Below, one piece after another: positions 20,752-30,163 of a stretch of 64,000 nucleotides of DNA (the first letter of the stretch is position 1; the number at the start of each line of letters is the position of its first letter). Source of the DNA: Alphaproteobacteria bacterium (GTDB lineage: Bacteria > Pseudomonadota > Alphaproteobacteria > UBA828); assembly GCA_963667785.2 (NCBI GenBank), contig CAXXMU010000002.1:832001-896000 (forward strand), written 5' to 3'. Under the pieces are notes generated by a model. The model saw only the letters and a list, made by a program, of their open reading frames with translations, did not search any database and had not been told where the DNA came from. A program made the position numbers and the translations under genes.

Positions 20752-22134
20752 ATGACCAAGGGACTAGCCGTCGCGCCCGAGCGACCCGCCAGTGCGGCCA
20801 TGCCGTTCCAGCGGCACCTGATACGGACCGCGCGATTCGCCGGCCCGGTGATCCTGGCGCGCGCCGGTCTCCTGGTCATGGTCGCGGTGGATTCGGCGAT
20901 GCTGGGCCACTACGGCACCCTCTCGCTCGCCTACTACGCGGCGGCGAACGCGGCCCAGGTGGTGATGATCCTGATCGGGGTGGGGCTGCTGCAGGGGACG
21001 ACGATCCTCGTAGCCCAGGCGCACGGCGCCCGCGACGGCCCCGCCTGCGGCGCCTACTGGCGCGTGAGCTTCGTCCACGGCGTCGTCCTCGGCGTGCTCA
21101 TGGGGCTGATCTGCCTGCTCGGCCGCTGGACCCTGGAAGCGACGGGGCAGGAGCCCGAGGTCGCCGCCGGCGGCGGGCGCGTGCTCGACATGATCGCGTG
21201 GGGCTCGCCGGCGCTCTTCATGTGGGTTGTGTGCACCCACTTCCTGGAGGGCATCAGCCGCCCGATTCCCGGCATGCTGGTCATGCTGGCTGCGGTGGTC
21301 GTCAACGTGCTGCTCAACTGGATCCTCATCTTCGGCAATCTCGGCGGGCCGGAGCTCGGCGCGGAAGGCGCCGCCATCGCCACCTCGCTGGTGCGGTGGT
21401 TCATGTTCGCGGCCCTCTTCGTCTTCGTGCTGCGCCTGCCCGACGCGCGCGCGCTCGGCATCCGCAAGCCGGTCACCGATTTCTGGGCGATCTCGAAGCG
21501 GCTGCGGCGCATCGGCTACCCGCTCGGCGCCGCACGCGGGCTCGAGACCGCGGCATTCGCCGCGCTGGTCATGCTGGCCGGCCATCTCGGCACGGTCCCG
21601 CTCGCCGCCTATCAGATCGGCTACAACCTGATCGGGCTGGTCTTCATGGTCGCCATCGGCACCGCGGCCGCGAGCATGATCCGGGTGGGCAACGCGGTCG
21701 GGCGGCGCAACGCCACCGACATCGCCCGTGCCGGCTGGGCCGGCGTGCTGCTCATCGCCTGCCTCATGGCCGCCTTCGCGGGGCCCTTCCTCGGCCTCGG
21801 CATGCCGCTCGCGAGCCTCTATACCGACGACCCGGCGGTGCTGCCGCTGGCCGCGTCCCTCATCGGAATCTGCGGCATAATCCTGGTGTTCGACGGAATG
21901 CAGGCGGTGCTCATGGGCGCACTGCGCGGGATCGCGGACGTATGGGTGCCGCCAGGGCTTCAGCTCATCTCGTGGTGGTGCGTCTCGGTGCCGATCGGCT
22001 ACGTACTGGCGTTCGAGGTGGGGATCGGCGTGGACGGCCTGATGTGGGGTATCCTGGCGGGCGCTCTCAGCGCCAGTATCCTGCTGTCGGGCCGCTTTCT
22101 CGCGGTGTTGCGGCGCCCGATCGCGCGCTACTGA
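20752..22134 (+). CDS. MATE family efflux transporter
   Basis: About 12 TM segments, VDSAMLG, PELGAEGAAIAT, RVGNAVG. Confidence 0.9.
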   Translation: MTKGLAVAPERPASAAMPFQRHLIRTARFAGPVILARAGLLVMVAVDSAMLGHYGTLSLAYYAAANAAQVVMILIGVGLLQGTTILVAQAHGARDGPACGAYWRVSFVHGVVLGVLMGLICLLGRWTLEATGQEPEVAAGGGRVLDMIAWGSPALFMWVVCTHFLEGISRPIPGMLVMLAAVVVNVLLNWILIFGNLGGPELGAEGAAIATSLVRWFMFAALFVFVLRLPDARALGIRKPVTDFWAISKRLRRIGYPLGAARGLETAAFAALVMLAGHLGTVPLAAYQIGYNLIGLVFMVAIGTAAASMIRVGNAVGRRNATDIARAGWAGVLLIACLMAAFAGPFLGLGMPLASLYTDDPAVLPLAASLIGICGIILVFDGMQAVLMGALRGIADVWVPPGLQLISWWCVSVPIGYVLAFEVGIGVDGLMWGILAGALSASILLSGRFLAVLRRPIARY

Positions 22135-22215
22135 GACGGCTCTCAGGCAGAGGCGCCCCAGAATCGCCATAGTGAGTGCATAGACGGGACAGCCGCCCGG
22201 GGGAGGAACGACACG

Positions 22216-22908
22216 GTGCCTTCGACCATCGCGCTCGTCGACGACGACCAGCATCTGCTCACGTCGGTCACCATGGCGCTGGAGGCGGAGGGCTTCGTCG
22301 TGCGGCCCCACAGCGACCCGGCGAAGGCGCTGCAGGACCTGCTGAGCCGGCCGGTCGACCTCGCGGTGCTCGACATCAAGATGCCGCAGATGGACGGCCT
22401 GGAGCTGCTGGCGCGGCTCCGGCAGCATTCCGCCATTCCGGTGGTGTTCCTGACCTCGAAGGACGCCGAGGACGACCAGCTTTACGGCCTGAGCCAGGGC
22501 GCCGACGACTACATCACGAAGCCCTTCTCGATCCGCCTCCTGGTCGAGCGGATCCGGGCGGTCCTGCGGCGCGCCGACCCTGTGAGGAGCGGAGACGCGC
22601 CCGGCGCCCTCATGGTGCGCGGCGCGCTGGTGCTCGACGAGGACCGCCATCTCTGCACCTGGCGCGGCGAGGCCCTCTCGCTCACCGTCACGGAGTTCCT
22701 GCTGTTGAAGGCGCTGGCCCAGCGCCCCGGACACGTCAAGAGCCGGAACCAGCTCATGGATGCGGCCTACGGCGATCAGATCTACGTCGAGGACCGCACC
22801 ATCGACAGCCACGTCAAGCGCATCCGCAAGAAGTTCAGGGCCATCGATCCGGCCTTCTCGCAGATCGAGACGCTCTACGGTGTCGGTTATCGATACACAG
22901 CGCCGTGA
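22216..22908 (+). CDS. chvI: OmpR-family response regulator ChvI
   Basis: [43 protein letters not shown]. Confidence 0.93.
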   Translation: MPSTIALVDDDQHLLTSVTMALEAEGFVVRPHSDPAKALQDLLSRPVDLAVLDIKMPQMDGLELLARLRQHSAIPVVFLTSKDAEDDQLYGLSQGADDYITKPFSIRLLVERIRAVLRRADPVRSGDAPGALMVRGALVLDEDRHLCTWRGEALSLTVTEFLLLKALAQRPGHVKSRNQLMDAAYGDQIYVEDRTIDSHVKRIRKKFRAIDPAFSQIETLYGVGYRYTAP

Positions 22909-24595
22909 CTCCAGCGCAGACGGCCGGCAGGCGGCGGCATCCGCCCCGCAGGTAGCGGCCCGGCGCGGCCTGCGCCGGCTCGTCGCCTTCCCGCTCACCG
23001 CCCGCATCCTCGCCATCAACGTGATGGCGCTCGGGGTCCTGGTCTCGGGTTTCTTCTATCTCGACCACTATCAGCGCGACCTGATGGACGCCAAGCTGGA
23101 GTCGCTCGCGCGGGAGGCCGCGCTGATGGCCGCATCGCTCGGCGAGAGCGCGGTCGTCGCCGGCGGCACGGAAGACGCCGGGCTGGACGGAGCTGCCGCA
23201 GGAACCCTCGTCCAGCGCCTCAACCTGCCGGGCGACACGCGCGCGCTGCTCTTCGATGCCGGCGGCGCGCTGGTCGTCGATTCGCGGCAACTGCCGATGG
23301 CGGAGGTCGAGACGACGGAACTGCCGCCGCCCGAGACGGAGCGCGGCGCGCTGGGCCGGGCGGCGGACATCGCCTACGACTGGATCACCGCGCGGCTGCC
23401 GCCCCGCACCACGGTGCCGCTCTACACCGAGCGCGGCAACCCGCGTGCGGACACCTTCCCCAAGGTGCTCGGCGCGCTGGAGGGCACAGCCGGCAGGGCG
23501 ATGCACCGGACCGAGGAGGCCCGGCTGGTCGCGCTCGTGGCGGCGCCGATACAGCCCTTCCGCCGCGTTCAGGGCGCCCTGCTGCTGGTTGCGGACGCAG
23601 GCGACGTGTCGGAAAGCGTGCGCAACGCCCGCTTCACCATCCTGCAGGCATTCAGCATCGCGCTCGGCATCACGGTCCTTCTCAGCCTCTACTTCGCGGG
23701 CACGATCACCCGCCCGGTGCGCCGCCTGGCGCGGGCGGCCGAGCGGGTGCGCGCCGGCGGCGGACGCAAGGTGGCGATCCCCGACTTCACGGCGCGGCAC
23801 GACGAGATCGGGCGCCTCTCAGAAGCGCTGCGGGACATGACCGAGGCGCTCTGGGTGCGCATGGATGCGATCGAGCGCTTCGCCGCCGATGTCGCCCACG
23901 AGGTGAAGAACCCGCTCAGCTCGGTGCTCAGCGCCGTCGATACCGCGCGCCGGGTCGACGACGAGGAGAAGCGCGGGAAGCTGCTCGCCCTCGTCGGCGA
24001 GGACGTGAAGAGGCTGGACCGGCTGCTGAGTCAGATCGCCGATGCCTCCAAGATCGATGCCGAGCTTGCCCGGGCCGAGATGCGGCCGCTGGACCTCGGC
24101 GCCATGGTGACGACGTTTGCCGAGATGCACGGCGCCTCCGCCTCCGCTTCGACGAGCGACGACTCCGTCGCGATGCGGCTGGAGATCGAGGGCGACGGGC
24201 CCTTCGCGGCTCTCGGCGTGGAGGACCGGCTCGCGCAGGTGATCCAGAACCTCGTCGGCAACGCCCGCTCGTTCAGCCCGCCCGGCGGAACCATCGCGCT
24301 CGGGCTGCGGCGCGAGGGCGCCGCGCTCGTCGTCACCGTGGACGACGACGGCCCCGGCGTGCCGCCCGGCATGGAGGACGCGATCTTCGGACGCTTCTAC
24401 ACGCTGCGGCCCGACAGCGAGACCTTCGGCGCCCATTCCGGCCTCGGGCTCAGCATCTCGCGCCAGATCGCCGATGCCCACGGCGGCCGGCTCACCTGCG
24501 TCAACCGGCGCGATGCGGACGGCACGATATGCGGCGCGCGCTTCCGCCTCGAGCTTCCCGGCACAGCCTCGATCGGGCCGCCCGGCACGGACTGA
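22880..24595 (+). CDS. chvG: sensor histidine kinase ChvG/ExoS (start uncertain)
   Basis: [40 protein letters not shown]; follows chvI. Confidence 0.9.
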   Translation: MSVIDTQRRDSSADGRQAAASAPQVAARRGLRRLVAFPLTARILAINVMALGVLVSGFFYLDHYQRDLMDAKLESLAREAALMAASLGESAVVAGGTEDAGLDGAAAGTLVQRLNLPGDTRALLFDAGGALVVDSRQLPMAEVETTELPPPETERGALGRAADIAYDWITARLPPRTTVPLYTERGNPRADTFPKVLGALEGTAGRAMHRTEEARLVALVAAPIQPFRRVQGALLLVADAGDVSESVRNARFTILQAFSIALGITVLLSLYFAGTITRPVRRLARAAERVRAGGGRKVAIPDFTARHDEIGRLSEALRDMTEALWVRMDAIERFAADVAHEVKNPLSSVLSAVDTARRVDDEEKRGKLLALVGEDVKRLDRLLSQIADASKIDAELARAEMRPLDLGAMVTTFAEMHGASASASTSDDSVAMRLEIEGDGPFAALGVEDRLAQVIQNLVGNARSFSPPGGTIALGLRREGAALVVTVDDDGPGVPPGMEDAIFGRFYTLRPDSETFGAHSGLGLSISRQIADAHGGRLTCVNRRDADGTICGARFRLELPGTASIGPPGTD

Positions 24596-24628
24596 CCGGC
24601 TTCCCTCGCCCGGCGCGCCCGACTCCGG

Positions 24629-24844
24629 TCAGTGGACGCTGAGCGGGATGAGCTGGTGCTGGCGCGCGGCGGCGAACGCGATGTCGCGGTCGGGCGCGAC
24701 GCCGAGGAGGCGGCCGTCGGTCGCGTGGATGCCGTAGACGACGGCGCCGTCCACGACGACTTCCCTGATGTAGGCTTCGTTGCCGCTGAGGAAGGGGGCG
24801 TATTCCCTCTGCCCTTCGGCGTCGACCCTTTCGCCATCTGTCAT
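24629..24844 (-). CDS. DUF1150 family protein
   Basis: AYIR...YGIHATDG...AAARQHQLIPLSVH; downstream of hsp20, typical in alphaproteobacteria. Confidence 0.8.
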   Translation of the reverse strand: MTDGERVDAEGQREYAPFLSGNEAYIREVVVDGAVVYGIHATDGRLLGVAPDRDIAFAAARQHQLIPLSVH

Positions 24845-24870
24845 GACCATCCTCCTCCTGCCAAGGCGTT

Positions 24871-25299
24871 CTAGCCCTCCTCTGCCCCGTCGCCGCTCTC
24901 GATCGCGATGGTCTTCACGGTCTCCGGCGCGGTGGGGCGGGTGAGCTCGATATGGAGCAGTCCGTTGTCGAGGCGGGCGCCGGCCACGTCGATCCCTTCG
25001 GCGAGCAGAAAGGTGCGATGGAACTGACGCGCGGCGATCCCGCGGTGCAGGTAGACCGCGCCGTCATCCTCGGCCTGGCGCCCCCTGATGTGCAGCTCGT
25101 TGCGCTCGACGGTGACGTCGAGATCGTCTTCCGCGAAGCCGGCCACGGCGAGGCTGATGCGCAGCCTGTCGTCCGCCACGTGCACGACGTTGTAGGGCGG
25201 GTAGCCCTCGGTCGAGGAGCGGGCGAGCCGGTCGACCACCTCCTCCAGGCGGTCGAAGCCCAGCAGCAGGGGACTGTTGAACGGTGACATCCGTGCCAT
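24871..25299 (-). CDS. Hsp20 small heat shock protein (IbpA-like)
   Basis: LLGFD, YPPYN, LAVAGF, LHRGIAARQF, NGLLHI. Confidence 0.93.
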   Translation of the reverse strand: MARMSPFNSPLLLGFDRLEEVVDRLARSSTEGYPPYNVVHVADDRLRISLAVAGFAEDDLDVTVERNELHIRGRQAEDDGAVYLHRGIAARQFHRTFLLAEGIDVAGARLDNGLLHIELTRPTAPETVKTIAIESGDGAEEG

Positions 25300-25305
25300 C
25301 GCCTG

Positions 25306-25328
25306 CACCTCCTCCTTAGAGCGAGTGT
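25306..25328 (-). promoter_or_regulatory. ROSE-like RNA thermometer hairpin
   Basis: mRNA CACUCGCUCUAAGGAGGAGGUG: U(U/C)GCU motif can pair with the SD with a bulged G, in an hsp20 5' UTR. Confidence 0.5.
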
Positions 25329-25410
25329 CGGCGGGTGCACCCGATGGCGGCGAACACCCTCCGGCCGGCGAGCGCGGCCGCCTCCCTCAGGCCGGCCGCC
25401 TCACCCTCCT

Positions 25411-25440
25411 GATGTGGGCCTCGCCGGGCCGGGGATCAAC
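25411..25440 (-). promoter_or_regulatory. putative RpoH (sigma32) promoter
   Basis: GTTG-N18-CCCACAT upstream of hsp20. Confidence 0.45.
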
Positions 25441-25460
25441 CTGTTTTGGCATGCAGATTA

Positions 25461-25475
25461 CTCTGTATCACAGAG
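25461..25475. promoter_or_regulatory. inverted-repeat operator CTCTGT-N3-ACAGAG
   Basis: Perfect 6-bp arms about 50 bp upstream of an operon containing a wHTH regulator. Confidence 0.5.
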
Positions 25476-25527
25476 CGAACTGTGATAGCCTGGGGCTTGT
25501 CGCACACCCGGAAGAGCGGAGGGTGCC

Positions 25528-26094
25528 ATGACCGTCACCAGGGACGATGCGCGTGCGGCTCTGCGCGACGCCGAGGCGGCAGGCGAGCGGAGCCAGACCC
25601 TTTTCCGCTACGAGCTGTCGAGTCCCTACCTCCTGCTGTGGGGCGCGCTGTGGATCGTCGCCGGCGTCGTCGCTGCCCTGTCGCCGGCCAACACCGGCTT
25701 CGGCTGGGCCGCGGTCGATTTCGTCGGCCTCGGCGGCACCGCCTATCTGATCGTGCGCCACGCCCGGCGCTGCGGCACGGGGGACGAGCGCGTCCGACTG
25801 GTCCGCAACATCGGGTCGGTGGCCGCGCTGGCGGCGTTCGTCGGATTGACGCTGATGCTCTTCGGGCCGGTGGCCGGCGGCGACGTCACGATGCTCATCG
25901 CTCTCGTCATGGCGGCGGGCTACGCCGTTGCCGGCTGCTGGATCGGCGTTCGCTACGCGGCGGTGGGCGTGGCGCTGGCCGGCCTCTGCGCAGGCGTGTT
26001 TCACCTCGCGCCGGCGCAGGTCCCGGTGATCGTGCCGATCGCCGGCGGCGGCGCCCTCATCCTCGGCGGCATCTGGTTCAGGCGTAGCCGATGA
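25528..26094 (+). CDS. hypothetical membrane protein (~6 TM)
   Basis: Hydrophobic helices, LLLWGALW; ATGA overlap with the regulator. Confidence 0.8.
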   Translation: MTVTRDDARAALRDAEAAGERSQTLFRYELSSPYLLLWGALWIVAGVVAALSPANTGFGWAAVDFVGLGGTAYLIVRHARRCGTGDERVRLVRNIGSVAALAAFVGLTLMLFGPVAGGDVTMLIALVMAAGYAVAGCWIGVRYAAVGVALAGLCAGVFHLAPAQVPVIVPIAGGGALILGGIWFRRSR

Positions 26095-26393
26095 GCGGCG
26101 CGGACGAGATCGTTCACCAGCCGACGCGGCTCCGGATCATGTCGGCGCTGAACGCCCTGCCCCGCAGGGAAATGATGGAATTCGTCCGGCTCAGGGCGAT
26201 CACCGGCGCCACCAACGGCAATCTCGGATCGCACCTCGCGACCCTCGAGAAGTCGGGATACGTGACCATCGCCAAGGATTTCGTGGGCAAGAGGCCGCGG
26301 ACCCGCGTCGGCATCACCGGGCCGGGGCGGCGTGCGTTTCAGGGGCACGTCGCCTACCTGCGCGAGATTCTGGAAGACGGCGGCGGCACCTGA
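26091..26393 (+). CDS. winged-helix MarR-like transcriptional regulator (HTH_34 type)
   Basis: IVHQPTRLRIM, TNGNLGSHL, KDFVGKRPRT. Confidence 0.88.
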   Translation: MSGADEIVHQPTRLRIMSALNALPRREMMEFVRLRAITGATNGNLGSHLATLEKSGYVTIAKDFVGKRPRTRVGITGPGRRAFQGHVAYLREILEDGGGT

Positions 26394-26411
26394 GCCGCCA
26401 GGGAGGATGAC

Positions 26412-27125
26412 ATGCACATGACGGCAACACGTTGGAAGCGATGCGCCGGCATTCTCGGCCTCTTCGCGGTGCTGGCGGTGCTTCTCCTGGCCGCTCCCGT
26501 CGCGGCGCAGGACTCCATGCGCTTCGACGAGGAGGTGCGGGAGCTCTTCTTCGCCGGCTTCGCCGGCAACGAGGACGCGCTCGCGCGGGGCATGGCGATC
26601 TGCGAGGAGACGCTGCAGGCCGACCCCGATCATCCGGGCGCCCTGGTCTGGCAGGCGTCGGGCTGGATGTTTCAGTCCGGCATGGCCTACCAGGAGGGCG
26701 ACTGGGCCAAGGGCATGGCCCTGTTCGACGACGCCACCGCGCAGATGGATCGCGCCGTCTCGCTCGCGCCGGACAGCCTTCAGACGCTGATCCCCCGCGC
26801 GTCGGTCTACCTCGGCGTCGCTCCCTACATCTACGACACAGCGACGCGCACCAGGTTCCTGGAGACGGTGGTCGACGACTACACCAAGGTTCTCGCCATC
26901 CGCGAGCCCTATTTCGCCTCGCTCACGGCGCACAGCCGGGGCGAGCTGCTGGGCGCGCTCGCCGAGGCGCTGTGGCGGCTGCAGAGGCGCAACGATGCGC
27001 AGGTCTATCTGGACCGCATCCTCGCCGAGCTGCCGGACTCGGCCTACGCGCTCATGGCGGAGCGCCAGCTCGCGGAGCCGCAGACGATCCAGCAGCTCAC
27101 CTGCCTCGGCTGCCACAAGTACTGA
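26412..27125 (+). CDS. secreted TPR-like helical protein with C-terminal CxxCH haem c motif
   Basis: Sec signal peptide (VAA-Q), helical-repeat-like sequence, ends LTCLGCHKY. Confidence 0.7.
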   Translation: MHMTATRWKRCAGILGLFAVLAVLLLAAPVAAQDSMRFDEEVRELFFAGFAGNEDALARGMAICEETLQADPDHPGALVWQASGWMFQSGMAYQEGDWAKGMALFDDATAQMDRAVSLAPDSLQTLIPRASVYLGVAPYIYDTATRTRFLETVVDDYTKVLAIREPYFASLTAHSRGELLGALAEALWRLQRRNDAQVYLDRILAELPDSAYALMAERQLAEPQTIQQLTCLGCHKY

Positions 27126-27229
27126 GCGGGCGTTCCAGCGCCCTCCTCCGCTCCGGCGCGAGTGCGCGGGCCCGACGGGCGCGCTAAGCTGCCGCCGGAG
27201 CGTTCGTCGGCAGACGGAGGAGGGGCGCC

Positions 27230-27946
27230 ATGAACCGGGGCGACGGCGGCAACGTCAAGGAGGGGTGGAGCGCCTGGTGGAGCTTCGCGCGCATCCCGGA
27301 GTTTCCGGTCGCGGCGGACAAGACCGCGCTCATCGTCATCGACATGACCTACCAGCAGGCCCACCGCGACTACGGGCTCTGCAAGCGCATCATCGAGGCC
27401 GGGCTGGAGGACGACCTCGCCTACTATCTCGAGCGGATCGACAACGTTGTGGTGCCGAATCTCCAGGCGCTCGTCGCGGCATTCCGCAGCGCCGGCGCGC
27501 CGGTGATCTACACCCGCTGCGCCTCGCTGACAGGCGACGGCTCGGACCAGACATGGCGCCACCGGCACTTCGGCGTGGTCACCACCGTCGACTCCAAGGA
27601 CGCGCAGATCCTGGAGCCGCTCGCGCCCGAGGACGGCGACATCATGCTGACCAAGTCGGGCTCGGCGGTCTTCCCCTCGACCAACTGCGAGCACCTGCTG
27701 CGCGTGAAGGGCATCACCACCATCGTGGTGAGCGGCATCTTCACCAACAGTTGCGTCGAGGGCACGATCCGGCTCGCCGGAGACCTCGACTTCCGCTGCC
27801 TGATGCCGGAGGACGCCTGCGCCGCCATGTCGCCCAGCGGCCACGCCAACGCCATCGAGTATCTCGACGGCAACTTCTGCCACGTGAAGCCCACGGCGGA
27901 GATCGTCCGCCTGCTGGGCGCCGACGCGGGCGCCCGCGCCGCCTGA
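27230..27946 (+). CDS. isochorismatase family cysteine hydrolase
   Basis: LIVID, TKSG, IFTNSCVEGT (D-K-C triad). Confidence 0.88.
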   Translation: MNRGDGGNVKEGWSAWWSFARIPEFPVAADKTALIVIDMTYQQAHRDYGLCKRIIEAGLEDDLAYYLERIDNVVVPNLQALVAAFRSAGAPVIYTRCASLTGDGSDQTWRHRHFGVVTTVDSKDAQILEPLAPEDGDIMLTKSGSAVFPSTNCEHLLRVKGITTIVVSGIFTNSCVEGTIRLAGDLDFRCLMPEDACAAMSPSGHANAIEYLDGNFCHVKPTAEIVRLLGADAGARAA

Positions 27947-27948
27947 CC

Positions 27949-29124
27949 TCAGTCGTCCGCCTGGCGGACGATGCCGTCCGCGACGAGCGCCCGGCAGGCG
28001 GCCTCGTCGTAGCCGAGCTCGCGCAGGATCTCCCCGCTGTGCGCGCCGAGGGCAGGCGCGTCCGGGCCGATGGCCCCCGGCTCCTCCCGGAACTTGATGG
28101 GGATGCCGAGGTGGGCGGCGCCCGCCGCGTCGCGCTCGACCATGCCGCGCGCGGCGAGGTGCGGGTCGTCGAAGGCTTCCTTCAGGTCGAGGACCGGCGC
28201 GAAGCAGATGTCGCGGCCCGCGAACCAGGCGACCCACTCGGCCTGGGTGCGGGCGGCGAAGGTCTCTTCGAGGAAGGCGTGGAGCGGCGCCTGCGCAGGC
28301 CCGGCGGGCTCGCGGCCGAGGGGGATCAGGTCGGGCCTCCCCACGCCTTCGAGGAAGTTGACGACGAACTTCATCTCGCCCCCGCCGAGCGTGACGTAGC
28401 GGCCGTCCTTCGTGCGGTAGGGCCGGTAGAAGGCGGCGCCGCCCTGGGTGCGCTCCGACGAGGGCTCGGGCGCGCGGCCTTCGGCGAACACGCGGCCGGC
28501 GACGTGCGGCGTCCATGACACCACCGCGTCGAACATGGCAAGGTCCAGATAGTCGCCGCGACCGGTGGTCTGGCGGCGCAGTAGCGCCATGAGGATGCCG
28601 GCGAGCGCCATCAGCGAGCCCCCCATGTCCGAGGGCGGCAGGCACGCCATGGCCGGCTTGCCGTCGCCGTCGACGCCGAGGCTGGCGACACCGGCGAGCG
28701 CGTTGACGCTCAAATCGTGGGCCGGGCGGTCACGGTAGGGTCCGGACTGGCCGAAGGCGGAGATGGAGGCGTAGACGACCTGCGGCGCCCGCGCGCGCAC
28801 GGCGTCGTAGCCGATGCCGAGGCGGTCCACCACGCCGGGGCGGAAGGTCTCCAGGATCACGTCGGCGGTCTCGGCGAGGCGCATGAAGGCCTCGCGCCCG
28901 GCCTCGCTTTTGAGGTCCACCGCGAGGCTGCGCTTGCCCCGGTTGGCGTTGCGGAAATAGACCGTGTGGCCGTGCTCGGCCGGCCCGATCGCGCGCGCCG
29001 GATCGCCCGTTCGCGGGTCCTCGATCTTGATCACGTCGGCGCCGTGATCGGCCATCATCATGGCGAGATGGGGCCCCGGCAGGAACCGGGAGAGGTCCAG
29101 CACCCTGATCCCTTCGAGCTTCAT
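27949..29124 (-). CDS. family III CoA-transferase (CaiB/BaiF)
   Basis: LEGIRVLDLSRFLPGP, NRGKRS, FRPGV, HD. Confidence 0.93.
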   Translation of the reverse strand: MKLEGIRVLDLSRFLPGPHLAMMMADHGADVIKIEDPRTGDPARAIGPAEHGHTVYFRNANRGKRSLAVDLKSEAGREAFMRLAETADVILETFRPGVVDRLGIGYDAVRARAPQVVYASISAFGQSGPYRDRPAHDLSVNALAGVASLGVDGDGKPAMACLPPSDMGGSLMALAGILMALLRRQTTGRGDYLDLAMFDAVVSWTPHVAGRVFAEGRAPEPSSERTQGGAAFYRPYRTKDGRYVTLGGGEMKFVVNFLEGVGRPDLIPLGREPAGPAQAPLHAFLEETFAARTQAEWVAWFAGRDICFAPVLDLKEAFDDPHLAARGMVERDAAGAAHLGIPIKFREEPGAIGPDAPALGAHSGEILRELGYDEAACRALVADGIVRQADD

Positions 29125-29264
29125 GCCATGCCTCCCTGCTGCCGCTCTCTCTCCGCTCGCGCCGACATACCCCGCCGCCGCTGTGCGCGCCATGGCGGAG
29201 CCGCCGCCGCCTTGATCGGGAGGGTGCGCTGTGGTTGTTTGGCCTCAAGCTTCGCGGAGCCCCC

Positions 29265-30149
29265 ATGCACCTGCACCGCACCTACCTGTTCGCCCCGGGC
29301 AACCACGCGCGCAAGGTCGCCAAGGTCTTCGGCGCCGGCGCCGATGCGGTGGTGCTCGACCTCGAGGACGCCGTCGCCGCGGCGGAGAAGGAGGCCACGC
29401 GGCCGGTCGTCGTCGAGGCGCTGCAGGGACCGCGCGCCTGCCTCGGCTACGTGCGGGTGAACGCGCTGGATACTGACTACTGCCATGGCGATCTTCAGGC
29501 CGTCGTCGCGCCCGGCGTGGACGGCATCCTGCTGCCCAAGGTCGAGGCGCCGGGCGAGCTGGAAACGGTGGACTGGCTGCTCGGCCAGCTCGAGCGCGAG
29601 CGGGGCCTCGAACGGGGCGCGATCGACCTCGTGCCCATCATCGAGACCGGCCGGGGGGTGGCCGCGGCCGAGGCCATCGCGGGCGCAGACACGCGCGTGC
29701 GCCGGCTCTCCTTCGGCGCGGGCGACTACACCCGCGACATGGGGATGGTCTGGACCGGCGCCGAGGCCGAGCTCGCCCACGCCAGGGCGTGCATCGTGCT
29801 CGCCTCCCGCGTGGGCGGGCTGGAGCCGCCGATCGACACGGTCTTCATCGACCTCGCCGACGCGGACAACCTGGTGCGCTCGACCGAGACCGCGCTCAGC
29901 TTCGGCTTCCAGGGCAAGCTCTGCATACACCCCAAGCAGGTGGGGCCCGTGAACGGCGTCTTCACGCCGAGCAGCGCCGCCGTGACCCAGGCGGAGAAGC
30001 ACGTCGCCGCCTTCCGGGAGGCGGAGGCCGCGGGCTCGGCCTCGATCCAGGTGGACGGCTACTTCATCGATTACCCGATCTACGAGAAGGCCGAGCGGGT
30101 GCTGCGGATCGCGGAGGCGATCCGACAGAAGGGCGCGCAGGCCGGCTGA
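29265..30149 (+). CDS. CitE/HpcH-like CoA ester lyase
   Basis: LFAPGN, LDLEDAV, IIET, FGAGD, GKLCIHPKQ. Confidence 0.9.
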   Translation: MHLHRTYLFAPGNHARKVAKVFGAGADAVVLDLEDAVAAAEKEATRPVVVEALQGPRACLGYVRVNALDTDYCHGDLQAVVAPGVDGILLPKVEAPGELETVDWLLGQLERERGLERGAIDLVPIIETGRGVAAAEAIAGADTRVRRLSFGAGDYTRDMGMVWTGAEAELAHARACIVLASRVGGLEPPIDTVFIDLADADNLVRSTETALSFGFQGKLCIHPKQVGPVNGVFTPSSAAVTQAEKHVAAFREAEAAGSASIQVDGYFIDYPIYEKAERVLRIAEAIRQKGAQAG

Positions 30150-30163
30150 ACGGGAGCAGCGGC

